From assembly GCA_024762875.1 (NCBI GenBank), contig JANTGR010000002.1, forward strand, positions 191 to 64,190: a stretch of DNA of 64,000 nt, in the 5' to 3' direction. Under the pieces are notes generated by a model that ran no database searches, was not told where the DNA came from, and worked only from the letters and a program-made list of their open reading frames with translations. A program made the translations under genes and the position numbers. This DNA comes from Sulfurospirillum sp. GTDB taxonomy: Bacteria; Campylobacterota; Campylobacteria; Campylobacterales; QNZT01. Shown here piece by piece: positions 31,194 to 42,247 of this stretch (positions are counted from its first letter, which is position 1; each line of letters opens with the position of its first letter).

Positions 31194-32354
31194 GTGACAA
31201 CAGACAAAACACTCTTTTATCTTACTATTACACTGATAACCATTGGGATCATTTTCTCCTATTCGTTAACGACGTATATCTCAGGTTTGTATCATGTCAA
31301 TGAATTTTATTTTTTCAAAAAACAGTTGATTGCAGGAAGTGTGGCGATCTTTTTGATGTGGTTTATCTCACAGCTGAATCCGGACAAAGCATTTAAACCC
31401 CTGGGTTTTTTATTTTTTGGTCTTTTTTTATTTTTGATGACGAGTATGCACTTTCTTCCTGCTTCTTTGGTCACAGAAGTAGGCGGTGCAAAGCGTTGGA
31501 TCAAGCTGCCTGGTATATCACTGGCCCCTGTAGAGTTTTTTAAAGTGGGTTTCGTTTTTTTTCTGGCTTGGAGTTTTTCGAGAAAAATTCAACATCACAA
31601 ACAGAGTCTCAAAGAGGAGGTGATTACTTTTTCCCCTTATGTTGGAGCATTTTCTGTGGTGGTTTATTTGATTGCAATCATGCAAAATGACCTGGGACAG
31701 GTGATTGTTCTGGGTTTGACCCTGGCGATTATGGCATTTATGGCTGGGACAAGTGCACGATTTTTTATGCTGGCGACTTTTTCTGCGATTACTGTTTTTA
31801 TAGTGGCGATTGTGACTTCGGATCATCGTATCCTGCGTATCAAACTCTGGTGGAGTAATATTCAGGATTTTATTCTCTCTTTTTTGCCACATTCTCTGGC
31901 AGCCACACTGCGCGTGAAAGATACCATCGAACCCTATCAGATATCGAACTCTTTTTATGCGATTAAAAATGGTGGTTTTTTGGGAGAAGGGGTTGGAAAT
32001 GGTACGATTAAACTGGGGTTTTTGACAGAAGTGCATACTGATTTTGTACTGGCAGGGATGGCTGAAGAGATCGGTATTGTTGGACTGAGTGTAGTAATCG
32101 GGCTTTTCTTTTTTATGGTATTTAGGATTTTCAAGATTGCCAACCGTCTGGAAAACAAGATGGAGTCACTCTTTGTTATGGGGATTGGGCTGATTATCTC
32201 TCTGGCATTTTTTATCAATGCCTATGGTATCACGGGTATCACACCGATCAAGGGTATAGCCGTGCCACTTCTCAGTTACGGAGGGTCATCTTTGGTGGCG
32301 CATGCTGTGGCAATCGGAATGGTATTGATGTTGAGTAAGAAGGTGAGATTATGA
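31194..32354 (+). CDS. ftsW: SEDS-family cell-division protein FtsW
   Basis: 386 aa with GTG start, polytopic. Its stop overlaps the murG start (ATGA). Confidence 0.85.
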   Translation: MTTDKTLFYLTITLITIGIIFSYSLTTYISGLYHVNEFYFFKKQLIAGSVAIFLMWFISQLNPDKAFKPLGFLFFGLFLFLMTSMHFLPASLVTEVGGAKRWIKLPGISLAPVEFFKVGFVFFLAWSFSRKIQHHKQSLKEEVITFSPYVGAFSVVVYLIAIMQNDLGQVIVLGLTLAIMAFMAGTSARFFMLATFSAITVFIVAIVTSDHRILRIKLWWSNIQDFILSFLPHSLAATLRVKDTIEPYQISNSFYAIKNGGFLGEGVGNGTIKLGFLTEVHTDFVLAGMAEEIGIVGLSVVIGLFFFMVFRIFKIANRLENKMESLFVMGIGLIISLAFFINAYGITGITPIKGIAVPLLSYGGSSLVAHAVAIGMVLMLSKKVRL

Positions 32355-33358
32355 ATATCGCTATCACAGGAGGCGGTACAGGCGGACATCTCACTATCGC
32401 AAAAGCGCTCAAAGAAGAACTCAATAAACGTGGCATCAAACCACTCTTTATCGGTTCTACCTATGGGCAGGATCGGGCATGGTTTGAAGAAGATGCAGGC
32501 TGGAGTGCGAAGTACTTTTTTGAAACTTCAGGCGTGGTCAATAAAAAAGGGCTTGCCAAACTGGGAGCACTCTTTGGTATCTTTAAAGCGATGATGAAGG
32601 CGCGAGGGATTTTTAAAAGATACAAGATAGAAGCAGTTTTTTCGGTAGGCGGGTACTCTGCTGCACCTGCTTCATTTGCTGCGATCATGATGCACAAAAA
32701 GTTTTATATCCATGAACAAAACGCTGTGATGGGACGACTCAATAAACTTTTAGCACCCAAAGCGACGATGCTCTTTTCTTCCTATCATGATAGTGTGATC
32801 AAAGATTATCCCGTGCGGGATATCTATTTTAACAATGCACGGGTGAGAACAGAGATCAAGACGATGATTTTTCTTGGTGGCAGTCAAGGGGCTTCAGCGA
32901 TCAATGATTTTGCACTGAGTGTCGCTAAAACGCTACAAGAAAAAAAGATACATATCATCCATCAGTGTGGACAAAGAGACCTTCAAAAGTGCCAAAAGTT
33001 CTATCATGATAACAAAATAGAGGTGGACTTGTTTGATTTTACCAATGCTTTAGAAGAGAAGATAAAGGAGGCGGATTTTGCGATATGTCGTGCGGGGGCA
33101 AGTACGGTATGGGAACTGTCAGCGTCACAATTGCCTGCCCTATTTATCCCTTATCCCTACGCTGCAGGAAACCATCAGTACCATAATGCAAAGTTTCTTG
33201 TCGATAAAAATCTAGCGTTGATGGTGAAACAAGCGGATATAACGCCTGCTGTTTTAGAAGATATCTTTGATGCCAATATCCAAAAGATGAGTGAAGGACT
33301 CTCTATCATGATAGAAAAAGAGGGTGCAAAAAAGATTGTCGATGCTATCTTAGACTAA
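32351..33358 (+). CDS. murG: UDP-N-acetylglucosamine--N-acetylmuramyl-(pentapeptide) pyrophosphoryl-undecaprenol GlcNAc transferase
   Basis: 335 aa with the GGGTGGHL motif and GT28 architecture. Confidence 0.9.
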   Translation: MNIAITGGGTGGHLTIAKALKEELNKRGIKPLFIGSTYGQDRAWFEEDAGWSAKYFFETSGVVNKKGLAKLGALFGIFKAMMKARGIFKRYKIEAVFSVGGYSAAPASFAAIMMHKKFYIHEQNAVMGRLNKLLAPKATMLFSSYHDSVIKDYPVRDIYFNNARVRTEIKTMIFLGGSQGASAINDFALSVAKTLQEKKIHIIHQCGQRDLQKCQKFYHDNKIEVDLFDFTNALEEKIKEADFAICRAGASTVWELSASQLPALFIPYPYAAGNHQYHNAKFLVDKNLALMVKQADITPAVLEDIFDANIQKMSEGLSIMIEKEGAKKIVDAILD

Positions 33359-33845
33359 GCCACCACATACGAAGCTTCAAACTCCACGTGGCAGTATAGC
33401 CCACTTCTGCAAATGCCAGCTTGCCATCTTTGTCAAAGATCAGTGTTGTTGGAAAGGCATTGATAGAAAATTTTTTAGCCAGAATCCCTTGTGCGTCATT
33501 GATTAGTGCAAAAGATAATCCTCTCTCTTGCATGAACTTCTTTAGTGATTGATTATCTCCTGATTGTACTGCGATAGTGATGAGGTTGTACTCTTTGGCG
33601 ATAGTGTTAAAGTTAGAGATCTCTAGTTTACACGTAGGGCACCATGTGGCCCAAAAATGCACGATAAGTGGCTTATCATGATAATGTACCGTATCAAACT
33701 CCGGCCCGTTTACTACCGGGATACGCATCTTTGGCAGTGTGCTAAAAGTGAGTTCAGGCTTTTTAAAGTAACTGATCACATTGACCAGTATAAAAGCGAG
33801 AAAGAGAGTGATGAGAGCTTCTTTGAGCAGTTTTTTTAAGCGCAT
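33345..33845 (-). CDS. TlpA/redoxin-like thiol:disulfide oxidoreductase, membrane-anchored
   Basis: ORF 33345..33887. The internal Met gives MRLKKLLKEALITLFLAFILV (anchor). Active site WATWCPTC. Confidence 0.8.
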   Translation of the reverse strand: MRLKKLLKEALITLFLAFILVNVISYFKKPELTFSTLPKMRIPVVNGPEFDTVHYHDKPLIVHFWATWCPTCKLEISNFNTIAKEYNLITIAVQSGDNQSLKKFMQERGLSFALINDAQGILAKKFSINAFPTTLIFDKDGKLAFAEVGYTATWSLKLRMWWLSLR

Positions 33846-33985
33846 GATGATACTTTTTACTAAAATATTTGGGTTAGAGTTTAGCACATTTTGCCTTCAT
33901 TGGCTGTCATCTTGGTATGTGGACAATTGCTTTTAGTTATATTTCGATAAAATATCTCCATTTTATGTAATTAGGAAACGTTGAT

Positions 33986-36538
33986 ATGGATATTAGAGCT
34001 GAGTTTTTACACTTTTTTGAACAAAAAGGGCATGCACTGCGTCCCAGTGCTCCGCTGGTGCCCGATGATGCTACACTGCTTTTTACCAACGCGGGTATGG
34101 TGCCTTTTAAGAGTATATTTACAGGTGAGGTACCTGCGCCGAATCCGCCCAGAGCAACAAGTTCCCAAACCTGTATCCGTGCCGGAGGAAAACACAATGA
34201 TCTTGAAAATGTCGGTTATACCAACAGGCACCATACATTTTTTGAGATGCTGGGTAATTTCTCTTTTGGGGACTATTTTAAAGAAGAAGCTATCGCTTAT
34301 GCCTGGGAATTTATCACTGAAGTATTAAAACTGCCTGTAGACAAATTATGGGTGACAGTGCATGAGAGTGACGATGAAGCTGAAGAGATATGGAAAAAAC
34401 ATATCGCAGGTGAGCGGATTATGCGATTGGGTGATGCGGATAATTTCTGGCAGATGGGCGATACAGGCCCCTGTGGACCCTGTTCAGAAATCTTTTATGA
34501 TCAGGGAGAAGAGCACTTTCATTCTGCTGAAGACAGGATGGGAGGAGATGGAGACCGTTTTTTAGAGATCTGGAATCTGGTCTTCATGCAGTATGAGAGA
34601 GATGCAAAAGGAACGCTCAATCCACTCCCTAAGCCGTCCATAGATACAGGTATGGGACTGGAACGTGTAGTGGCAATCATGGAAGGAAAAATTTCAAACT
34701 ATGACTCTTCTCTTTTTATGCCATTGATCGAAGAGGTTGCTGCACTCTCCAAAAAGAGATATATCTATGAAGAAGGTGCCAGCTTCAGAGTAATCGCTGA
34801 TCATATCAGATCTGTTTCATTTTTGATCGCACAGGGAGTGAACTTTGATAAAGAAGGGCGTGGATATGTACTGCGCCGGATACTGAGAAGAGCGGTAAGG
34901 CATGGATATCTTCTGGGTATCAAAGAGCCGTTTATGTATAAACTGGTGGATACTTTAAACAGTGTGATGGGTAAACAATATCCTTATTTGATTGAAAAAG
35001 CGGACAACATCAAAGAGATTATTCGTCTGGAAGAGCAGCGTTTTTTCAAAACGATTGCATCGGGTCTTGAACTTTTTGAAAAAGAGTTGGCAGATACGCA
35101 GGCTGTTTTTTCAGGAGAAGTTGCATTTAAACTCTATGATACTTTTGGTTTTCCACTGGACTTGACACAGGATATGTTGAGAGAAGAAGGAAAAAGTGTA
35201 GATATTGATGCTTTTGATACCTTGATGCAGGCACAGAGAGAACGTGCAAAAGCAGCCTGGAAAGGGAGTGGAGATGATGTGGTCAGTGGTGACTTTAAAG
35301 CATTGCTGGAAAAATTCGGCAGCAATAAATTTGTCGGTTATACCCATGTAAAAGAAGAATCGCTGATATTGGCCTTGTTAGATGAAGCCTATCAGGAAGT
35401 GAAATCTCTGCCAGCGGGTGCCAGAGGGTGGGTCTTTTTGGATAAGACACCTTTTTATGCGATGAGTGGCGGACAAAGCGGGGATAAGGGTACATTGAGT
35501 GCAAAAGCCACAGTATTGGATACGAGGAAATTTTTTGAACTCAATCTCTCAGAAGTGGAAACTTCAGCAGAGTTGAAGGTTGGGGATAAGGTAGAAGCAG
35601 TGGTTGCAGAAGATAGAAAAGAGATCGCCAGACACCATTCAGCCACCCACCTGCTGCAATCAGCATTGAAAACTATTTTGGGTGAACATGTGTCGCAGGC
35701 GGGATCACTCAATGACGCCAGCAGACTGCGTTTTGACTTTTCGCATCCAAAAGCTGTCACGGCTGAGGAGTTACAAAAAATTGAAGATTTTGTCAATGAT
35801 ACCATCGCCAGAGGCTTAGAAGCAAAGACAGAAATCATGAGTATAGAAGAAGCAAAAAAGAGTGGTGCAATGGCGCTTTTTGGTGAAAAATATGGTGATG
35901 AGGTTCGGGTTGTCTCTGTAGGCGAGGTCAGTAAAGAATTGTGCGGGGGTACCCATGTGGGTAACTCTGCAGAAATTGGAGCCTTTTTTATTACCAAAGA
36001 ATCTGGTGTAAGTGCGGGGGTAAGACGGATAGAAGCAGTCTGTTCCCGTGCAGCTTATGCTTACGCCAAAGGTATCAGAAAAGCATTGGTTGAGGCAGAG
36101 CATGAAGTCAAAAACAGTGATGTTCTATTGGGTGTGAAACGCTTAAAAACAGAGATAAAAACACTCAAGTCTGAGCTTCAAAGTGCTCTTTCCAGCTCAA
36201 AAAAAGAGATTGAGATGCAAAAAATAGGCGAGACTGATGTGGCGGTTGCTGTCGTAGAAAATGGTGACATCAAAGCGATGATTGATGAGCTTAAAAATCA
36301 AAAAGAATCTCTTGCTGTGATGCTTTTACAAAAAAAAGGTGAAAAAGTGATGATGGCAGCCGGTATCAAAAATGCCCATGCCAAAGCAGGGGAATGGATC
36401 AAAGCGGTGGCTCCTGTAGTAGGCGGCGGCGGTGGTGGCCGTGACGACTTTGCCCAGGCTGGTGGGAAAGATGCTTCCAAGATAGAGGAAGCCCAACAAG
36501 CAGCCCTGGCATTTATACAAAAGGCATTGGAGTCTTAA
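33986..36538 (+). CDS. alaS: Alanine--tRNA ligase
   Basis: 850 aa with [24 protein letters not shown] and the editing-domain motif HSATHLL. Confidence 0.95.
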   Translation: MDIRAEFLHFFEQKGHALRPSAPLVPDDATLLFTNAGMVPFKSIFTGEVPAPNPPRATSSQTCIRAGGKHNDLENVGYTNRHHTFFEMLGNFSFGDYFKEEAIAYAWEFITEVLKLPVDKLWVTVHESDDEAEEIWKKHIAGERIMRLGDADNFWQMGDTGPCGPCSEIFYDQGEEHFHSAEDRMGGDGDRFLEIWNLVFMQYERDAKGTLNPLPKPSIDTGMGLERVVAIMEGKISNYDSSLFMPLIEEVAALSKKRYIYEEGASFRVIADHIRSVSFLIAQGVNFDKEGRGYVLRRILRRAVRHGYLLGIKEPFMYKLVDTLNSVMGKQYPYLIEKADNIKEIIRLEEQRFFKTIASGLELFEKELADTQAVFSGEVAFKLYDTFGFPLDLTQDMLREEGKSVDIDAFDTLMQAQRERAKAAWKGSGDDVVSGDFKALLEKFGSNKFVGYTHVKEESLILALLDEAYQEVKSLPAGARGWVFLDKTPFYAMSGGQSGDKGTLSAKATVLDTRKFFELNLSEVETSAELKVGDKVEAVVAEDRKEIARHHSATHLLQSALKTILGEHVSQAGSLNDASRLRFDFSHPKAVTAEELQKIEDFVNDTIARGLEAKTEIMSIEEAKKSGAMALFGEKYGDEVRVVSVGEVSKELCGGTHVGNSAEIGAFFITKESGVSAGVRRIEAVCSRAAYAYAKGIRKALVEAEHEVKNSDVLLGVKRLKTEIKTLKSELQSALSSSKKEIEMQKIGETDVAVAVVENGDIKAMIDELKNQKESLAVMLLQKKGEKVMMAAGIKNAHAKAGEWIKAVAPVVGGGGGGRDDFAQAGGKDASKIEEAQQAALAFIQKALES

Positions 36539-37027
36539 TTGATTAAAACATTTTATGCAGATTTTGCTTTTATTATCATTCCTCTGCACCTGATCTCTGC
36601 AGTAGTCTGGATAGGTGGTATGGCGATGTTTATCGTAGCAGTTTATCCCTCACTCAAGCAGATACCCAATGAAAAAATGATGATCCGCACTTCTTTGCGG
36701 ACATTAAGACGTTATTTTAATGCTCTTTTTCCTTTTATTATCCTGCTGGCTCTTAGTGGCATAGTGATGGAGATAGGGGAAGGATATGAGAGAAAAGACC
36801 CTACACTGGGCGCCATTGTAGGTACCAAAGAAGCGATTTGGGTTTTGATGTTTCTCAATTTTTTATTTGGGTATTATAAAATCATTGAAGCAAAAAAACG
36901 CTGTCTTGCCAGTGATTCACCGCAGGCAAAAGACAATATCCGGCTGATAGCGCACTATCTTTTTACCATTAATGTTTTTTTAGGGCTCTCAGCGCTTTAT
37001 TTTGGCTTGATGCTCGAGAAGGCATAG
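36539..37027 (+). CDS. Integral membrane protein (4 TM, CopD/HemJ-like topology), function unknown
   Basis: 162 aa with TTG start directly after the alaS stop and four hydrophobic helices. Confidence 0.55.
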   Translation: MIKTFYADFAFIIIPLHLISAVVWIGGMAMFIVAVYPSLKQIPNEKMMIRTSLRTLRRYFNALFPFIILLALSGIVMEIGEGYERKDPTLGAIVGTKEAIWVLMFLNFLFGYYKIIEAKKRCLASDSPQAKDNIRLIAHYLFTINVFLGLSALYFGLMLEKA

Positions 37028-37034
37028 TTTTATC

Positions 37035-37583
37035 ATGATCATCCTCGCTTCAAATTCTGAGTCACGTGCTTCTATACTGCGGCAGGCAGGTGTGGTATTT
37101 GTGCAGAAGGGGTGCGATTTTGATGAAGAGCGTATTGTTGCTACAACTCCTAAAAATTTTGTCTATCAGGCCACACTGGGAAAATATGAAGCCTGTTTAA
37201 AAGAGATGGGACTGGATACGCCTATTCTTGTAGCAGATACAGTAGTAACTGCCCAGGGAAAGATTTTGCGAAAAGCAAAAAACAGAGAAGATGCCAGGTA
37301 TATTTTAGAGCTTCAAAGTGCTTCTGTGACCTCTATCATCACCTGTATGATTTATGCCTCAAAGTCACTCTACTTTTTGGATATCTCTTCTACTGATTAT
37401 ACTTTTTCTCGATTTGAGGAAAAGAAATTGCAGGCGTATTTGGATTCGGAAGAGTGGCAGGGCAAAGCAGGAGCATGTATGGTAGAAGGATTTTGTAAAC
37501 CTTATATCCAGCATGTGAAGGGGCTGGAAAGTAATGCAATGGGACTGGGAATCGAAAAGCTGCTCCCGTTTATCGATGTATAG
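37035..37583 (+). CDS. maf: Maf-like nucleoside triphosphate pyrophosphatase
   Basis: 182 aa. MIILASNSESRASIL, VADTVV and GAYGIQ-like (GACMVEG) regions. Position after alaS as in C. jejuni (from memory). Confidence 0.8.
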   Translation: MIILASNSESRASILRQAGVVFVQKGCDFDEERIVATTPKNFVYQATLGKYEACLKEMGLDTPILVADTVVTAQGKILRKAKNREDARYILELQSASVTSIITCMIYASKSLYFLDISSTDYTFSRFEEKKLQAYLDSEEWQGKAGACMVEGFCKPYIQHVKGLESNAMGLGIEKLLPFIDV

Positions 37584-38667
37584 TCAAGAGTTAAAAGCGC
37601 TGCAAAAAGCCAACCTTTACCGCAGTAGAGAGCTCTATGATACCAAACTGACAGATTTGGCTTCCAATGATTATCTGGGCTTGGCAGAGGATTTTGAAAT
37701 CTTTGACAAAGCGGTAGAAGCAGTGCGAAACTGTCGCTCTCATTCTCCTAAAGCATCGCAACTGGTCAATGGCTATCATGATATACATTTTCAGTTTGAA
37801 AATTATCTCAAGTGGCGCAGCGGTTTTGAAGAAGCGATGGTTGTCGGTAGTGGATTTTTAGCCAATCTCTCACTCATCGAAGCCCTGCCGCGTAAAAAAG
37901 ATATTTTGATTTTGGATGAAGAGTATCATGCCAGTGGCATGCTTGCTTCAAAACTCCTCTCCTGTGAAGTACTTTTTTTCAGGCACAATGATGCTGCACA
38001 TTTGCGCCAGTTACTGCAAAGTCATACCTATCAGCGTGCCATTGTAGCGGTCGAAGGGATTTACTCCATGGGTGGGGATCTGCTAGAAAAAGAGATCTTT
38101 ACTGTATGTGATGAGATGAAAGCTCTGTTGATTGTTGATGAAGCACACAGTGTGGGTGTACTTGGAGATGACTTTTTGGGGATATTCTCTTATCATGATA
38201 TCATACCAAAACCCAACCATATCAAGATGGGAACACTGGGTAAAGCGATGGGAAGTTATGGCGCTTATATCCTGGCCAGTGATGCAGTTATCACCTTTTT
38301 ACTCAATCGTGCCAAAGCGGTTATCTATGCAACAGCACCTTCTGTTTTTGACATCGCTTTGGCCCATCAGGCTTTTTTGCAGGTTGAAGTAAAAAAAGAT
38401 CTGTTTGCAGCCAAAAAAGAAGCGCGCAAAGCTTTGGTAAAAGAGATATTTGATGTTGACTTGGAAGGGTTGATTTTAAAGATAGAAATTGGTGACAGTG
38501 CTAAAGTGATGGCACTGAAAGCGTTTGCACTGAAAGAAGGATTTTTGATAGGTGCTATCAGACCGCCAACGGTTAAAAAAGCAATCTTGAGAGTCATTTT
38601 GAGACTCAATGTGGATGAAAAACGCCTCAGGGATTTCTTAATCAAGCTCAAAGAGGCAGTGGGATGA
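37576..38667 (+). CDS. bioF: 8-amino-7-oxononanoate synthase-like class II PLP aminotransferase
   Basis: ORF 37534..38667. The ATG at 37576 overlaps the maf end by 8 nt. Motifs SNDYLGL, DEAHSVG and PLP-lysine GTLGKAMG. Confidence 0.75.
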   Translation: MYSQELKALQKANLYRSRELYDTKLTDLASNDYLGLAEDFEIFDKAVEAVRNCRSHSPKASQLVNGYHDIHFQFENYLKWRSGFEEAMVVGSGFLANLSLIEALPRKKDILILDEEYHASGMLASKLLSCEVLFFRHNDAAHLRQLLQSHTYQRAIVAVEGIYSMGGDLLEKEIFTVCDEMKALLIVDEAHSVGVLGDDFLGIFSYHDIIPKPNHIKMGTLGKAMGSYGAYILASDAVITFLLNRAKAVIYATAPSVFDIALAHQAFLQVEVKKDLFAAKKEARKALVKEIFDVDLEGLILKIEIGDSAKVMALKAFALKEGFLIGAIRPPTVKKAILRVILRLNVDEKRLRDFLIKLKEAVG

Positions 38668-39359
38668 ATTTTTCAGTAAAAAAACTTTTGATACAATATG
38701 AAGACAAGGTACTGGTAGATATCGCTTTTGAGATCAAAGATTCACTGGCTTTGGTAGGGCAGAGCGGCAGTGGTAAATCCCTGACATTAAAAGCGCTGTT
38801 GTCTATGCTGCCCAAGAGTCTGGATGTTGATTTGTCCTATACCGGTGATTTTGAAATATCTCCGGGTCAAAATATCGCTATTGTGGTACAAAATCCTTTT
38901 ACGGCACTCTCACCGCTGACACGCATCAGAGAGCAGTTTTTTCTAGAAGAATCTGAAGCAATAAAGTATCTAGAGATGGTTGAACTGGATGGGAGTTTAC
39001 TCTCAAGGTACCCCAGTGAATTGAGTGGTGGTCAACTGCAGCGTGTGGTCATTGCAATGGCACTTTCATCAAAACCACAGCTCTTGCTGCTGGATGAACC
39101 GACTACTGCTCTTGACTCTGAGACAAAAAAGGCTATCATGATACTATTAAAGAGGCTGCAAAAGCAGATGGGATACAAGATACTGTTTGTGACTCACGAG
39201 ATTGAGATAACACAGATGTTATGTGATGAAGTGGCAATTTTAAAAGAGGGTTTGATTATTGAACGGGGTTTAATCAGTGATGTGCTGGCAGCACCCAAAG
39301 AGTCTTACTCCAAGGCATTGATAACATCAAACTTTAAACATAGAGGTTTTAGAGAATGA
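38664..39359 (+). CDS. ABC transporter ATP-binding protein
   Basis: 231 aa with GQSGSGKS, LSGGQLQRV and LLLLDEPT. No permease gene alongside. Confidence 0.85.
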   Translation: MNFSVKKLLIQYEDKVLVDIAFEIKDSLALVGQSGSGKSLTLKALLSMLPKSLDVDLSYTGDFEISPGQNIAIVVQNPFTALSPLTRIREQFFLEESEAIKYLEMVELDGSLLSRYPSELSGGQLQRVVIAMALSSKPQLLLLDEPTTALDSETKKAIMILLKRLQKQMGYKILFVTHEIEITQMLCDEVAILKEGLIIERGLISDVLAAPKESYSKALITSNFKHRGFRE

Positions 39360-41323
39360 AAATATTTTTACGTGTGATAGGTCTTTTTTTTATTATCATG
39401 ATAGCAGCAGTGATAGGTGGATATTTTTATATCTCTTCACAGTTAAAATATGATGTTGATAAACTCATCCATTATAATCCCGCTCTGACCACAAAGATTT
39501 ATGACAGAAACGGGGAATTGATTTCTAATGTATTTGGAAAAGAGCACCGCTATTATGTTCCATTTAAAGCAATTCCTCCACGTATGGTGGAAGCCTTGGT
39601 AGCGATTGAGGATACGACATTTTTTGAGCATCCGGGAATCAATATAGAAGCGATTTTACGTGCCGCGATGAAAGATATCAAACATATGAAACTCAAAGAA
39701 GGTGCAAGTACTTTAACACAGCAACTGGTCAAATTGACACTGCTTAGTAATGAAAAAAAATTAAAACGTAAAATCAATGAAGCTATGTTGGCACTTAAAA
39801 TAGAGCATAAATTGACAAAAGAAGAGATATTGGAGCGTTATCTCAATGAAGTCTATTACGGTCATCGATATTATGGTGTAAAAACAGCCGCGCAGGGGTA
39901 TTTTAGAAAGGATTTAAGTGATTTAAATCTTAAAGAAATTGCGATATTGGCAGGTATCCCGCAGCGTCCGAGTGCTTATGATCCTACACGCCATCTGGAT
40001 CTCTCCCTCTCTCGGGCAAATACAGTTTTGCAGAGGATGTACACATTGGGCTGGATCAGTGAAGATGAGCTTGAAAAGTATCAGGCACTGAGACCAAAGA
40101 TCTATAATGATACATTAACCCAAAATAGAGCACCGTACATCACCAATGAAGTATTAAAACGTTTAAAATCAGATTATCCAGATATCAGGACAGGCGGGTA
40201 TGAGATCTATACGACAATTGATCTGGAAGCACAAAAAATTGCAAAAGAGGCTTTAAAACATGCCTATGAAGGGATATTGAGCCGAGGGGAAAAATATAAC
40301 AAAACAGCCGAAGAACCGGTTGATTACAGTGATTTAAACGGGGCAATGGTCGTCTTGGAAAATAAAACCGGTGAAGTGCTCTCGTTGGTGGGTGGCGTGG
40401 ATTATAACAAAAGTGTGTTTGATCGTGCCATACAGGGCAAAAGGCAGCCTGGGTCCAGTTTCAAGCCTTTTATTTATCTGAGTGCACTTAATGCAGGTTA
40501 TTCAACACAAAGCAAGTTAACGGATATTTCACGCAGTTTTTCTTATAAGGATCAGGATGAAGAGAAAGAGTGGCGGCCGAAAAACTATGAGAAAAACTTT
40601 GAAGGGTTGATTACACTGCGGAATTCTTTGGTACATTCGAGAAATCTGGCAACGATTAACATGGTCAATGAAATGGGGCTTTCAACGGTACATCAGGCAT
40701 TGGTAGAGATGGGATTTAAAAATCTTCCTTCTGATTTGTCAATCTCCCTGGGTACTTTTTCAATCACACCTTTTGCCTTTGCCGGGGATTATACGATTTT
40801 GTCCAATCAGGGGACAAAAGTCGAGCCTATGCTTATCAAAAAAGTACGTTCTGAGGATGGTGGTGTGAAAATCTATCATACAGTTGAACGTAATGTGACT
40901 ACTGCAGCACAAAGTTTTTTGATAACGTCCATCCTGGAAGATGTGATTAAGCGCGGAACTGGACGCCGTGCAGCGGTGAAGGGCTTGGCTCTGGCGGGTA
41001 AAACAGGTACGACCAATGCTTACAAAGATGCCTGGTTTTGCGGTTATTCTCCTGAAATAGAAACGATCGTGTGGTTTGGTAAAGACAATAACGCAAAGAT
41101 GGCAAAAGAGACGGGTGGTAAAGCGGCTGCACCGGCATTTTCCGAGTTTTATCGTGAGTATCTGAAACTGCATCCTGAGATGAAAAGAGAGTTTGATATT
41201 CCAAAAGGAGTGAGAGTAGTGAAAAAATCAGCTGGTCAAAATGAATATTTTACTGATATATCAGCTCCACCCAACGATGCAAAAAGTGCATCAGAAGAGT
41301 TAGAGCAGGAATTACTTTTTTAA
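39356..41323 (+). CDS. mrcA: Class A penicillin-binding protein 1A (glycosyltransferase GT51 + transpeptidase)
   Basis: 655 aa with EDTTFFEHPGI, GASTLTQQL, SSFKP and KTGTT. Confidence 0.9.
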   Translation: MKIFLRVIGLFFIIMIAAVIGGYFYISSQLKYDVDKLIHYNPALTTKIYDRNGELISNVFGKEHRYYVPFKAIPPRMVEALVAIEDTTFFEHPGINIEAILRAAMKDIKHMKLKEGASTLTQQLVKLTLLSNEKKLKRKINEAMLALKIEHKLTKEEILERYLNEVYYGHRYYGVKTAAQGYFRKDLSDLNLKEIAILAGIPQRPSAYDPTRHLDLSLSRANTVLQRMYTLGWISEDELEKYQALRPKIYNDTLTQNRAPYITNEVLKRLKSDYPDIRTGGYEIYTTIDLEAQKIAKEALKHAYEGILSRGEKYNKTAEEPVDYSDLNGAMVVLENKTGEVLSLVGGVDYNKSVFDRAIQGKRQPGSSFKPFIYLSALNAGYSTQSKLTDISRSFSYKDQDEEKEWRPKNYEKNFEGLITLRNSLVHSRNLATINMVNEMGLSTVHQALVEMGFKNLPSDLSISLGTFSITPFAFAGDYTILSNQGTKVEPMLIKKVRSEDGGVKIYHTVERNVTTAAQSFLITSILEDVIKRGTGRRAAVKGLALAGKTGTTNAYKDAWFCGYSPEIETIVWFGKDNNAKMAKETGGKAAAPAFSEFYREYLKLHPEMKREFDIPKGVRVVKKSAGQNEYFTDISAPPNDAKSASEELEQELLF

Positions 41324-42214
41324 GAGAGTAGAGAGGTCAAAATTGTAAACAAAACCAAATCTGAGATAAGCATATTTTTGATCAAAATCACTTTGGGTTT
41401 GGGTATTGTAAAGATAGGGGATGAGACCGTTAAATTGATTGGACATGGTATTTAGTCCAATAAAAACAAGTAAGCGCTGGCTTATAGCTCTGGCAATATT
41501 GAGTTTGAAAATAGAGTTATGATTATTGAGGCTAAGGCCGCTTCCTCTGCCAAAAAGACGCATATACTGATAGTCTGCATCGATGATAAAATTACCTGCT
41601 TCCAGTGTGTAGTCCACACCGGCAAAAACCGCTTTTTCATCACGACTCACATCCAGAGCATCGATACTGGAATCAATAGAACCAAATTTATAACCGGCAT
41701 AAAAATTGAGTAAAGAAGAACCTAGTTTGGTACCGATAATGGATCTGAGATAAAATGAACTGTCACTGGAATCATTGAGATGAACAGTAGCAAAAGAGTC
41801 CAATTTATCTGCACTGTCATGGATAAACCCCAGATCAAAACTGAGAGCATCAAAGGTATAGTGAGGAGAATTGTAGAGATTAATACGGGCAAAAAGTTCA
41901 TTTTGCAGATTATTCAGCTTGCTGTTTGCATAATTGATTTTGAGTAGCTGGGCATGATAATAAAAAGAGATAAATGTATTATAGCCATATGCCACTCCTA
42001 GATCATATCCTGTCGTATCATCCAATAAGCCCTCATGTTTATTGAATTTCAGTATATCGAGTCCATCATTGACACGGTTATACGATGCATGCAGTGTGAG
42101 AGTGTTTTCGGGCAGGCTAAATACGCGTACATCCAGTGTTGTAGGCGAGATACGATCTGCCTGTAAGGAGATTGCAAGCAGCAGCAGAATTTTTACTATT
42201 CTTTTATATGGCAT
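41312..42214 (-). CDS. Putative outer-membrane beta-barrel protein, downstream of Wza/Wzz
   Basis: 300 aa with signal peptide and alternating aromatic/aliphatic beta-strand pattern. Last gene of the export operon. Confidence 0.55.
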   Translation of the reverse strand: MPYKRIVKILLLLAISLQADRISPTTLDVRVFSLPENTLTLHASYNRVNDGLDILKFNKHEGLLDDTTGYDLGVAYGYNTFISFYYHAQLLKINYANSKLNNLQNELFARINLYNSPHYTFDALSFDLGFIHDSADKLDSFATVHLNDSSDSSFYLRSIIGTKLGSSLLNFYAGYKFGSIDSSIDALDVSRDEKAVFAGVDYTLEAGNFIIDADYQYMRLFGRGSGLSLNNHNSIFKLNIARAISQRLLVFIGLNTMSNQFNGLIPYLYNTQTQSDFDQKYAYLRFGFVYNFDLSTLLKK

Positions 42215-42247
42215 AGTTTTTCCTCTCTATCATGATAGTGTCGTTTA

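Noticed and set aside
33838-33846. An apparent 1-nt discrepancy between my reading of the printed sequence (TTTTTTTAAG GCGCAT) and the ORF-track translation (..IIMRLKKLL).
   Set aside because: Downstream coordinates (alaS ATG at 33986) agree with the track, so this is most likely my own reading error. I did not treat it as a frameshift. It is the reason hand-derived coordinates are quoted as +/-1-2 nt.
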